Shown in pieces: positions 19,256 to 28,332 of a stretch of DNA of 51,344 nt; position 1 is the stretch's first letter, and each line of letters begins with the position of its first letter. Below the pieces are notes generated by a model. It had not been told where the DNA came from, made no database searches, and saw nothing but the letters and a program-made list of their open reading frames with translations. Source of the stretch: Acidimicrobiia bacterium (lineage in GTDB: Bacteria > Actinomycetota > Acidimicrobiia > Spongiisociales > ZC4RG35); the NCBI GenBank assembly GCA_040905965.1, contig JBBDQP010000007.1:8042-59385 (forward strand), in the 5' to 3' direction. The translations under genes and the position numbers were made by a program.

Positions 19256-19456
19256 TCGTTCAGATCCGCTCGAAATCATCGCGGAGGCGTCGGGCTTGCA
19301 CCTTACAGCCGGCCAGAAGCAGCCGGAGAGCATGATTGAGGCGTAGAATTGCCGATTCGTCGCGGTATTCGCGTTATTCAAGGAGTCGCTGGTGGCGGAC
19401 TGTCGTTCCGGTCGTGCGGTGCTCAGATCATCCCGCTCCGCCCCCTGGATCAGGAC

Positions 19457-20944
19457 GTGATCGAACGACTTCGCCCGGCTGTTCGGGACCAGTCGGTGCT
19501 GCTCACCGTCGCCTTCGTCATCGGCGCCGCGACGACCGCCGTCGGGGCCGTGATGACCGTTCCAATGATGGTCTCGGTGTTCTATGCGGAATGGGACAGT
19601 GCTTTCGGCATCGGCCTCGCGGCTGCGGTGACCATCGCGACCGGGTTGGTGCTGTGGCACGTCGTTGGGCGATCGGGACCGATCGGCGTGAGAGAGGGTT
19701 TCGCGACCGTCGGTGCCACGTGGTTCGTGCTGTCGATGTTCGGGACGCTGCCCTATCTCTTCACTGGCTCGATTGTGGGGCCTACCGATGCGTTCTTCGA
19801 GTCGGCATCGGGTTTCACCACGACCGGAGCATCGATTTTGACCGATCCGGGGCAGCTGTCGCTGGGAATCGGGGTGTGGCGGGGCCTCACGCAGTGGATG
19901 GGAGGGATGGGGATCATCGTGCTGTCAGTGGCGATCCTGCCCCTTCTTGGGACGGGAGGGGTTCAACTCGCTCGGGCTGAGTCACCCGGCCACAGCCCGG
20001 ACCGGCTCACACCCCGCTTCCAGGAGACAGCCAAACGTCTTTGGCTCGTGTACGTCGGCTTCACCGTTCTACTGATCGTCCTTCTCGCCCTGGGAGAGAT
20101 GACGGCGTATCAGTCGGTCGTTCATGCGCTCACAACGATGTCGACGGGTGGGTTCGGCACGGAGGCAACGTCGATCTCGCTATTCAGCGGTTACACGCAG
20201 TGGGTGATCACGATCTTCATGTTCCTCGCCGGTGCGAGTTTCGCCCTCCATTTTCGGGCGCTCCGTAAACCCGTCGAGTATCTCCGCGACGCTGAGCTCC
20301 GTCTCTACACCGCGATCATCGTTGTGGCCGTGGTCGTCGTGGTGGGTGGCCTGCTGCGCGACACCTCGCTCTCTGACGCGGTGAGAGATGCTGCCTTCAG
20401 CGTTGTATCGATCGTGACGACGACAGGTTTCGCTACGGTCGATTTCGGATCGTGGCGTCCGGCGTTGCAGATCCTGATCGTGGGACTGATGTTCCTGGGT
20501 GGAATGGCCGGCTCGACTGCCGGGTCCGTCAAGACATTCAGGGTGGGGGTTCTCTCGAAGGCCGGATCTACCGATCTGCGGCGAATCGTCCATCCACGCG
20601 GAGTTTTTCCGGTCCGCTTCGGCACCACTTCGGTTCCGGACAAGGTGGTCGAGTCGGTCCAATCCTTCTTCTTGTTCTACATGCTCCTCTTCGTGTCCGG
20701 GACATTCCTGCTCACATTCATCGACGCGAATGTCACTGAACGGCTCGATCTCGTGACCGCGGCCTCGGCGGTCGCCTCGTCCCTCGGAAACATCGGGCCG
20801 GGTCTGGGTGAGGTCGGTCCCACCGGTACGTATGCCGCCATTCCCGGACTGGGTAAATGGCTGCTGGCGGACCTGATGATCATTGGTCGACTCGAGATCT
20901 TTCCGGTCCTCTTGCTGTTCACGCGAGACCTCTGGCACCGCTGA
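19457..20944 (+). CDS. trkH: TrkH-family potassium uptake membrane protein
   Basis: FFESASGFTTTGAS, QWMGGMGII, TMSTGGF, GGMAGSTAG, LGNIGPG, GRLEIFP; start approximate. Confidence 0.93.
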   Translation: MIERLRPAVRDQSVLLTVAFVIGAATTAVGAVMTVPMMVSVFYAEWDSAFGIGLAAAVTIATGLVLWHVVGRSGPIGVREGFATVGATWFVLSMFGTLPYLFTGSIVGPTDAFFESASGFTTTGASILTDPGQLSLGIGVWRGLTQWMGGMGIIVLSVAILPLLGTGGVQLARAESPGHSPDRLTPRFQETAKRLWLVYVGFTVLLIVLLALGEMTAYQSVVHALTTMSTGGFGTEATSISLFSGYTQWVITIFMFLAGASFALHFRALRKPVEYLRDAELRLYTAIIVVAVVVVVGGLLRDTSLSDAVRDAAFSVVSIVTTTGFATVDFGSWRPALQILIVGLMFLGGMAGSTAGSVKTFRVGVLSKAGSTDLRRIVHPRGVFPVRFGTTSVPDKVVESVQSFFLFYMLLFVSGTFLLTFIDANVTERLDLVTAASAVASSLGNIGPGLGEVGPTGTYAAIPGLGKWLLADLMIIGRLEIFPVLLLFTRDLWHR

Positions 20945-20958
20945 CCACGAGGTGGCCG

Positions 20959-21987
20959 CTACGACCCGTCCAGCGACCAAATCCGGCCCTCGGGCCAGAA
21001 CGAATCGAAATCGCGGGGGAAGACGGTGAAGCCGGGAATAGGCGGTAGCAACTCGCCGGCCAGCTCTCCTTCCAGACCCGTTCCTCTCACCGGATCCCAC
21101 ACGGTGCCGGTCTCGAGATCGATCAACTCGCCGTCGACCCGTTCCAGCGTGAGTGTCTGTCCATTCACCTGGCGGGCGAACACTGTCCAGCCACCCAGGT
21201 TCTCGGGATCGACGACCACGGCGATCTCGACTCCGTTCACCACGTCGTTGACGACTTCGACGTCGCGGAGTTCATCGAACGGGTAGCCGACCGTCTCGTC
21301 GTCGAGTTCAACTACCAGGACCATGTCGGTGAGTCGATATGACGACGGTTCCCCAGGAGCGTCCAGGGCCAGGGTCTCAGGATTGCGCTCGAGCCATGTC
21401 GTCCATGACGTCAACGTGGACGGAACGCGTTCGAGCCGGGTGCCGGCCAGCGGTCCGAGGATCGCCTCGCCCAGCGGCTGGGACCAGATGCTGCCGGTCC
21501 CGTGGTCGTACCAGGTCATGGCGTTCTGCCACAGATGCCCCTGGTTGCCGAACACGAGGGTCTCGCCGTCGACGACTCGACTGTGGGCCATCGCCGTACC
21601 GCACAACGGACACCACGTCACCAGGATCGGCTTCCCGGCGAGCTCATCTATGACCATCTCCCGGAAGTTCAGATGGACGATGGGATACGCCTTGGCCTCG
21701 CCATCGAGGCTCACTCCGAGGACGAGCGTCGACGGTGTCCAGCCGCTCTCCGATGCTGTGACGAAGCTCGGGTCGTAGATCGGTCGAATCGTGTCGCGGT
21801 CCAGGATGGGTCGATATCCACTGGGGGTTTGCTCACCGGCGCGCACTGGGTCGTAGAGGGGACCGACCGCCGAATCGGACGTCGCAGAGGGATCGGTGGC
21901 CGACGTGTCGCTGTTCGGTTGGGCGACCAGGACGGTGATGGCGCCCACTGCCAGGGCAACGGTGAAGATGATCATCGTGCGGCGCAT
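20959..21987 (-). CDS. DUF3179 domain-containing exported protein (copy 1)
   Basis: AKAYPI, VTWCPLCGT, WYDHGTGSIWSQ; signal peptide. Confidence 0.85.
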   Translation of the reverse strand: MRRTMIIFTVALAVGAITVLVAQPNSDTSATDPSATSDSAVGPLYDPVRAGEQTPSGYRPILDRDTIRPIYDPSFVTASESGWTPSTLVLGVSLDGEAKAYPIVHLNFREMVIDELAGKPILVTWCPLCGTAMAHSRVVDGETLVFGNQGHLWQNAMTWYDHGTGSIWSQPLGEAILGPLAGTRLERVPSTLTSWTTWLERNPETLALDAPGEPSSYRLTDMVLVVELDDETVGYPFDELRDVEVVNDVVNGVEIAVVVDPENLGGWTVFARQVNGQTLTLERVDGELIDLETGTVWDPVRGTGLEGELAGELLPPIPGFTVFPRDFDSFWPEGRIWSLDGS

Positions 21988-21995
21988 ACTGTGTT

Positions 21996-22457
21996 TCAGG
22001 CTGCGGACGAGATCGGGTGCTGGTCGATGGCGACACACACCTGGGAGAACTCCCGGGTGAAGAGATCGATGCACTGGCCGACCCGAACCTCGAGATCCGT
22101 CAGCCGCCACCTGACCATCCACACGGCTTCCGACTCAGAGATGATCGTGTGTTCGGACCGGACCGTGTCGGGACCTTCGAGTTCGGCGTCGTAGAAAGCG
22201 ACGAGCTCGGCAAGGCGGGCTCCCGGGTAGGCGGCCATGACGACGGTGCGCTCGGGCATGGACAGGCTGCTGACCACCTCACCGTCGATCGGCATCGGCA
22301 CCGTGATACCTTCCGGAACGCCGCCGCCCAACTGCCACGGCTCACCGGGGGATCGTGACTGATCTTCAACCCCGGAACCGCACGACGTCAGTAGAACGGC
22401 GAGGACGATCCCGAGGAGGGTCGGTATCCGGAGGCGCGAAGCGAAAGAGTGATCCAT
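21996..22457 (-). CDS. Hypothetical lipoprotein
   Basis: MDHSF...LLGIVLAVLLTSC lipobox inside a longer track ORF. Confidence 0.55.
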   Translation of the reverse strand: MDHSFASRLRIPTLLGIVLAVLLTSCGSGVEDQSRSPGEPWQLGGGVPEGITVPMPIDGEVVSSLSMPERTVVMAAYPGARLAELVAFYDAELEGPDTVRSEHTIISESEAVWMVRWRLTDLEVRVGQCIDLFTREFSQVCVAIDQHPISSAA

Positions 22458-22498
22458 CTTCGAAGACAACCCGTCAGCGCGGATGGACGAACGAAGAC

Positions 22499-22545
22499 TG
22501 TCGCCCGTCCGACGGTCGATCTTGGCCACCCCCCGGCTCGACGTT
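22499..22545 (+). promoter_or_regulatory. TGTCG-N6-CGAC box + N28 + GTT promoter
   Basis: TGTCGcccgtcCGACG 22499-22514; GTT 22543-22545; in-frame GTG at 22555. Confidence 0.65.
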
Positions 22546-22554
22546 GGTGTGACG

Positions 22555-23709
22555 GTGGTCTTCGTGAGAATTGTCATGGTGCTGAGCCTTCTCGCCGTCT
22601 CTTGTTCGGCCGGCGGAACAGAAGGGGTGGCCTTCGAAACATTCGGAGTGCTGCCCGCCGGTCCGTCCGCCCTGGACGACCCGGAGCATCCTGACCTGCC
22701 AACTCCGACCATTCCGCCGGCAGACCTGGTCTCAGGGGGACCGCCTCCCGACGGGATCCCGTCGATTGACGAGCCGCGTTTTCGCAGCATCGCCGATGCT
22801 GAGCTGTCGCTCGCCGACACCGAGCCTGTGATCGTTGTGGACATCGAAGGCGACGTCAGGGCGTATCCGATTGAGATCTTGATCTGGCACGAGATCGTCA
22901 ACGACGTCGTCGGGGGAGTGCCGGTGGCGGTGACGTACTGCCCGCTGTGCAACAGCGCAGTCACCTTCGAACGCCGAATCAACGGCGTCGACGTCACCTT
23001 TGGGACGTCGGGCCAGCTCTACGCCTCGGCATTGGTGATGTACGACCGGGAGACTGAGAGTCTGTGGACCCACTTCGACGGCCGCGCCATCGCCGGGGTG
23101 CTGGCCGGGCATCGTCTGGAGCCGGTCCCGTCGCCGTTGTTGGCGTGGAGCGAGTTCAAGAAGGCTCACCCCGAAGGCCAGGTGTTGAGTCGTGAAACCG
23201 GGTTCGATCGTCAATACGGCCGGAACCCCTATTACGGGTACGACAACCCCGACACCCGTCCCCGCTTTCTGCGGGGTGAAGTCGACGATCGCGCCCGTGT
23301 CAAACAGCGAGTGGTGGGAATCTCCGTCGATGGGGCCGCAGTTGCGTTTCCCCTGGAAGAAGTCAGTGGTGGTGAGGCGAAGGTGACGTCGGCAACGGTG
23401 GGGGAGATGCCGGTTGCCGTCTTCTGGGTGGCCGGACAGAACAGCGCCCTGGAGGACGCCGACACGTCCAAGGGCAGGGATGTCGGCTCTGTCGGCGTCT
23501 TCCGGCCCGAGGCGGACGGTCGAGCCTTGTCATTTCGGGCGGAGGGCCCGACATTCGTAGACGCCGAGACCTCGAGTACTTGGAACATCACCGGTCGGGC
23601 GATCTCCGGATCGTTGGAAGGAGCTCGGCTCGTCGCCGTCCCCCACCTGGACACCTTCTGGTTCGCCTGGTCGACGTATCAGCCGGAAACGACGCTGTTC
23701 GGGAGTTGA
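22555..23709 (+). CDS. DUF3179 domain-containing lipoprotein (copy 2)
   Basis: LAVSC lipobox, SGGPPPDGIPSID, AYPIEILIWHEIVND, TYCPLCNS, TFWFAW. Confidence 0.9.
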   Translation: MVFVRIVMVLSLLAVSCSAGGTEGVAFETFGVLPAGPSALDDPEHPDLPTPTIPPADLVSGGPPPDGIPSIDEPRFRSIADAELSLADTEPVIVVDIEGDVRAYPIEILIWHEIVNDVVGGVPVAVTYCPLCNSAVTFERRINGVDVTFGTSGQLYASALVMYDRETESLWTHFDGRAIAGVLAGHRLEPVPSPLLAWSEFKKAHPEGQVLSRETGFDRQYGRNPYYGYDNPDTRPRFLRGEVDDRARVKQRVVGISVDGAAVAFPLEEVSGGEAKVTSATVGEMPVAVFWVAGQNSALEDADTSKGRDVGSVGVFRPEADGRALSFRAEGPTFVDAETSSTWNITGRAISGSLEGARLVAVPHLDTFWFAWSTYQPETTLFGS

Positions 23710-24932
23710 GGGGCGACGGAAGACGGTTCTGTCAGCGGGATCCGCAGTTCGAACCCGGCTGCGGGTCCGAGGTATCGGACGGTGCCGCCATGCCGAATCG
23801 CCAGCTCCCGGACAACGGTCAGACCCAAACCGAGTCCAGGCTCTGACATCGTTGCGTTGGCCACCAACCGTACGTACGGGTCGAACGCTCTCGCTGCGTC
23901 CTGTCCGTTCAGTCCGGGACCGGCGTCGGAGACGACGCATCGGAACCATTCGCCGTCCCGGCTCCCGACCACCGCCACGGGCGCCTCCCCATACCTGAGA
24001 GCATTGTCGACGAGGTTGCGGATCATCTGGGTGAGACGCAGTGGATCGGCTTGCATCACGATGTCCGTGTCGACGTCGATTGCGACGTCGACCGCGGTCG
24101 GTCCCATGCCTCTGACGGTCGTCTCGACGACGGACGCGGGGTGGACGGACTCCAGCCTCACCGAAAATTCTCCCGCTTCGATGCGATTGAACGTGATCAG
24201 GTCTTCGACCAAGGTGTGCATCTCCTCGGTCTGGCTGACCACGAGACCGAGGTATTCGGTTCGTTCCGAGTCCGGCAGGTCACGTTCGAGGAGCAGTTGA
24301 GAGAACCCTCGCAGCGCGGTGAGCGGAGTCCGCAGCTGGTGGCTGGCAGTTGCCAAGAAGCTGTCCTTCAGGCGATGAAGTTCATGCTGACGCTCGAGGT
24401 CGGCTGCCAAGGCTTCTCTGCCTGCGTGCAGTGAGTCGGCGATGTGGACCATGAGTGCACCGACTGCGACCAGCAGGATCGCCTGGATGGCGAGGCCGGC
24501 GAAGAACTCTCCGTCCGGTATCGGGTCGGGAGGATGAAAGAACGGCAAAGTCATCCTGCCCGACAGGACGTGGAGACCGGCCTCGGCGGCGATGGTGAGG
24601 AAGGCGGCCACGAGCAACATGCGTGCCCGGACTGAGGGCAACAGCAGTGGACCGAGCGAGACGACGACATAGGGGATGAAGTTGGCTCCCGAGACGGGGC
24701 CGAACAGCCACCACAGGCTGAGGGCGAGGACCAGATCGCAAGCGAGCACCGCGGTCATGGAGATCGGCGTGCGGGTGAGAACTGCTCCTGCAGCGAGAAG
24801 TGCCACCGTCGGCCACGCCCGGACTCCGATGGACGGAGCGAGGACCAATACCGCCACCATCGCCAGCAAGAGAACGCCGCTGTGAAGGCGACGAACGCGT
24901 ATCTCGAGGGAATCGTGGGGCTGGACCATCAT
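23679..24932 (-). CDS. Membrane sensor histidine kinase (orphan)
   Basis: Multi-TM N-terminus; ASHQLRTPL, LVDNALRYG, DAGPG, GLGLGL; start uncertain (24932-24965). Confidence 0.88.
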   Translation of the reverse strand: MMVQPHDSLEIRVRRLHSGVLLLAMVAVLVLAPSIGVRAWPTVALLAAGAVLTRTPISMTAVLACDLVLALSLWWLFGPVSGANFIPYVVVSLGPLLLPSVRARMLLVAAFLTIAAEAGLHVLSGRMTLPFFHPPDPIPDGEFFAGLAIQAILLVAVGALMVHIADSLHAGREALAADLERQHELHRLKDSFLATASHQLRTPLTALRGFSQLLLERDLPDSERTEYLGLVVSQTEEMHTLVEDLITFNRIEAGEFSVRLESVHPASVVETTVRGMGPTAVDVAIDVDTDIVMQADPLRLTQMIRNLVDNALRYGEAPVAVVGSRDGEWFRCVVSDAGPGLNGQDAARAFDPYVRLVANATMSEPGLGLGLTVVRELAIRHGGTVRYLGPAAGFELRIPLTEPSSVAPQLPNSVVSG

Positions 24933-24942
24933 CTGTTCTATC

Positions 24943-25029
24943 GGTCGGCTGTGTGACGGGCTCAAGCGCTGCTGTACAGACCAACGGGTTGTGGCGTGTT
25001 TCGCATGGAGGATGGACGGATATCCGACA
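24943..25029. promoter_or_regulatory. Two boxes in divergent region (24943-24958, 25014-25029)
   Basis: GGTCGgctgtgTGACG (GTT at N29 on +) and GGACGgatatcCGACA (GTT at N28 on -, ending 24983). Confidence 0.5.
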
Positions 25030-25395
25030 TCTCGGGGTGAGAGTCGGTCGCTGGTGGTTGTTCACGCCGTGCTCATACGACGATGTGTCTCCGCGGCCGC
25101 ATTCTCGGTTCTCTGGATCGTGGCTGCCGTACTCACCCCCGATGTGACCTTTCACCTGGCTCCGGTGATCGTCGCCGCGGCTCCCGCTTTTGCAGGACGG
25201 GGTCGACCTATTCTCTGGGGCGTCGTCGGCTTCGTCCTCGCCAGTGGCATCTCGGTGGCCCTGGCCCTCTCGGGGTTTCTCGACGGTCCTTCGCTTCTCC
25301 CGGTGGGAGGACCTCTGCTCGAGTCCATCGTCGGCGCGCTGGTAGGCGCTGTTGTCGGTGGTCTCTTCGACGGGCGGGTGACGGCGTCGGATTGA
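24991..25395 (+). CDS. Small hypothetical membrane protein (true start probably downstream)
   Basis: Three or four hydrophobic segments. Confidence 0.5.
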   Translation: MACFAWRMDGYPTSRGESRSLVVVHAVLIRRCVSAAAFSVLWIVAAVLTPDVTFHLAPVIVAAAPAFAGRGRPILWGVVGFVLASGISVALALSGFLDGPSLLPVGGPLLESIVGALVGAVVGGLFDGRVTASD

Positions 25396-25412
25396 CCCCC
25401 GTCGCCAAGTCG

Positions 25413-26195
25413 TCACGAATGCTCGTCGATCTCCGGAAGGTATCGAGCGGCCCAGGTGGCGATCAGCCGAGCGGCGTACTCGGCGTCCCGGCGATCCGTG
25501 AGCAGATGGTCGGCGTCGGGGAGAGCCACAAAACTCTTTGGGTGGCGGGCGGCGGCAAACAGCTCGCCGGCATTCTCAAGTCCGACGGTGAGATCGGTCG
25601 GCGAGTGAAGAAAAAGCAACGCTTGCTTGAGTTGGGCCACACGGTCTGTCAGTCGGCTGGAGCGGATGTCTTCGAGAAACTGCTTGCGGATTTGGAAGGT
25701 GCGTCCAGCCAGTACGACGTCGGCCTCCCCCTCCCGCTCGATCTGGTCGATTGCTCCAGCCAACAGGGCTTCGACGTGGGTAACATCGGCGGGTGCCCCC
25801 AGCGTTGCCACTGCCACGACTTCGGGAAGTTCACTCGCCACTGTCAGGACTGCCGCGCCACCCAAAGAGTGTCCGACCAACAGGCTCGCCGGACCGTGAT
25901 GATCAGCGAGCCATGCTGCCGCCAAGCGCAGATCTTCGGCGTTGGACGAGAAGTTGGTATTGGCGAACTCCCCTTCGCTGGATCCGAGACCCGTGAAGTC
26001 GAATCGCAGCACACCAAAGCCGTCGTTGACGAGTTGTGCGGCGATACGCGAGGCGGCGAAGAGGTCCTTGCTGCAGGTGAAGCAGTGGGCGAACAGGGCG
26101 TAGGCACGCGGAGCGTTGTCGGGTAGGTCGAGCCGGGCGGCCAGCGACGCGCCCCGGCTTCCGGGGAATGTGATTCGGTTGGATTCGCCGCTCAT
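25413..26195 (-). CDS. Alpha/beta hydrolase (N-domain type of the hydrolase/OsmC fusion family)
   Basis: ALFAHCFTCSKD, RFDFTGLGSSEGEF, GHSLGG, ADHLL; ATGA-coupled to the upstream selenoprotein gene. Confidence 0.88.
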   Translation of the reverse strand: MSGESNRITFPGSRGASLAARLDLPDNAPRAYALFAHCFTCSKDLFAASRIAAQLVNDGFGVLRFDFTGLGSSEGEFANTNFSSNAEDLRLAAAWLADHHGPASLLVGHSLGGAAVLTVASELPEVVAVATLGAPADVTHVEALLAGAIDQIEREGEADVVLAGRTFQIRKQFLEDIRSSRLTDRVAQLKQALLFLHSPTDLTVGLENAGELFAAARHPKSFVALPDADHLLTDRRDAEYAARLIATWAARYLPEIDEHS

Positions 26196-27160
26196 GGTGA
26201 GGTGTCCTCCAGGTGGTCGTATCGGTCAAGGCCGAGGTCTTCGATCAGGGCGGCGTGTCGGCGACGGCTTCCCCCGCCAACCGGCATTCCCGTGGCGTCC
26301 GCCACCCTGTTCATCATCTGAAAGTTGCCGATGACAGTCGCTGCCATGACCAGGGCCTCGGGACCCAGCTCTTCTTCGAGGATCCGCCCAGCTTCGACGG
26401 ACGGCGAGGTCAGAGCGTGATCGACGAAACCGAGGAGGGCTCGCCCACCGGGGAGTAGCGGGTCGACGGAAGGGTCCGTCACCGCTCGCAGATCGACCGC
26501 TGTGTCTGTTTCCTTGGCGCTCCAACTGAGCAGCCCCGTGTGTGCCAGCACTCAATAGAAGCACTCGTTGTGGGCGGAGGTCCGGGCAGCGACCAATTCC
26601 ATCTGCGGTCGGGTGAGTGCCTTGTCGGGACGAGGATCCGCCATCTCGTCGAAGGTGAGGTACAGCACACCGTGCAGATGCTCCAGTTCGGCGTTCTCCG
26701 CAGGAACCAGCGAGAGAGCCTGGGTGATGCTGGCGCCCCCGACCATCGGAACCCACGCCTTGACCCGCCCGGCCCGACTGTCGATCTCACCGGTGGGTGT
26801 TCCCGTTGCGGCTTCCGGAAGCCCCAGGTGCTCCAGTCCCAGCGAGTCGAACACCGTGTCGATCGCCACCGCCCGCGCCACGACGCCCACCAACTCGACG
26901 TAGCTCCCATGGTCGAGGCCGTCGGAGACAACCGAGTCCACCCACTGCCGGCGGATGGAGGCGGGGTGCGCTGCCACGGCCCGTACTGCCCGGGTGGTTA
27001 CTTCATCGAGTGAGCCGGTGGGTAGATCGCCTCTGCGGGCGGCGCGTGCTTCGCCGATCATTGCCACGCGATCGGTCCCGGACCATCGGGCTCCGACGGA
27101 GCCAAGCTTCTGCCATCTCGTCTCGAGGCGGGCGGCGAGGTCTGGGGCGAGCTGTGTCAC
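26192..27160 (-). CDS. AhpD/carboxymuconolactone-decarboxylase-like selenoprotein (CxxU; in-frame TGA 26554-26552)
   Basis: LTRPQMELVAARTSAHNECFY-TGA-VLAH continues in frame into ORF 26192-26551; SECIS-like hairpin GGC(U)GCUC-AGUUG-GAGCGCC follows. Confidence 0.85.
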
Positions 27161-27211
27161 GCCGCCACTCTGCCACGTAGGTCGCCCGCGCACGCCGCCG
27201 CCCCTGGGCAC

Positions 27212-27227
27212 TGTCGGGTCTACGACG
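27212..27227. promoter_or_regulatory. TGTCG-N6-CGAC box between divergent genes
   Basis: TGTCGggtctaCGACG; no GTT at N28 on either strand. Confidence 0.45.
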
Positions 27228-27313
27228 ATCTGTTCGGAAATGTTCGGACGCCAGCCATGATTTCCCGAGCTCAAGGGATTGAATGCACACCGGACCGCGT
27301 TGGGTGGGGAGCG

Positions 27314-28294
27314 ATGGCAGAGACAAAAGCACGACATCCACGCCGGGAAGCAAGCTCTCTGCTTGCCCCCGGTCATGAGGCCAGGGTGCTTGAGCCTTCG
27401 CCGCCCGCCAACGAGGACCCCGGCTGGTTTGCAGACGATCCGACCGATCCGAGTGCTGCCGCCGTAGCCGTCACCCCGATTCCGGGGGAGGGAGCCACGT
27501 GGGCCCAACTCGCCCAGGCGGACGATGCGGTGGCCGCATACGCTCACGATCATTGGCTCGACGGAGTGAGGCCGCTCGATGCACTTACTGCCGGCTTCCA
27601 AGCGACCCGAGACTCGCTGCATCAGGTGGCGTTCTTCGTTCTCGCCCCCGCCCGGTATGCCGCCACCGGCAAGTTGGGGCTCCGCTACACCCACCGCGGT
27701 TTCGGAACCCCGTTCTATCGCAGGGAGCCAGGTCAAGACGAACAGGTGAGGGTGGAAGGAGGCCTCCTCGTCCATCAGGTCGGCGAGACGGCTCGTGTCA
27801 CCGACCTGACGACGCTGTCGGCGGCGGCGAGCTTCCTCGACCTCGAATACCAAGAGGAGTGGTTCGACTCCTTCCACGACCCGCTCGATCCGATTGGACC
27901 CACCGCCCCATTGGAGGTTGACCCGGCTGCCGCCGAAGTGCTCGGCGGCTGGTTCGGATTCGCAACCCATGTCCTAGAGCGTGTCCGACGGGCCGAAGCC
28001 GAGGACATTTCCCGTGTCCAGTTGTGGCCGGAACATTTCGACGCGGCGATCGAGGCCGGCTCTTCGCAAGCCGGTCAACGAGCCAGCTATGGCGCGTCAC
28101 CAGGCGACGCCTCACACCCCGAGCCCTATCTGTTCGTCACGCCGTGGGACACGGTCGACGAGTCCGACCCGTTTTGGAACGCGCCCGGGTTCGTCGGCGC
28201 GATCCTCGGTCATGCCGAGCTGGTCGAGGCCAACGATCCGTATTCGACCGCGATCGACTTCTATCTCACCGGTCTGAACGTGCTGACACGGTGA
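27314..28294 (+). CDS. Hypothetical protein (DUF5996-like)
   Basis: VQLWPEHFD, YGASPGD..HPEPYLFVTPW motifs; GGGGAG RBS. Confidence 0.65.
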   Translation: MAETKARHPRREASSLLAPGHEARVLEPSPPANEDPGWFADDPTDPSAAAVAVTPIPGEGATWAQLAQADDAVAAYAHDHWLDGVRPLDALTAGFQATRDSLHQVAFFVLAPARYAATGKLGLRYTHRGFGTPFYRREPGQDEQVRVEGGLLVHQVGETARVTDLTTLSAAASFLDLEYQEEWFDSFHDPLDPIGPTAPLEVDPAAAEVLGGWFGFATHVLERVRRAEAEDISRVQLWPEHFDAAIEAGSSQAGQRASYGASPGDASHPEPYLFVTPWDTVDESDPFWNAPGFVGAILGHAELVEANDPYSTAIDFYLTGLNVLTR

Positions 28295-28332
28295 GGGAAC
28301 CAATCTGAAAGCCACCCCGCAGAGGAGCAACC

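Noticed and set aside
19457-20944. TrkH without adjacent trkA as a novel system
   Set aside because: Split trk loci are common and trkA may lie elsewhere; not informative from this window.
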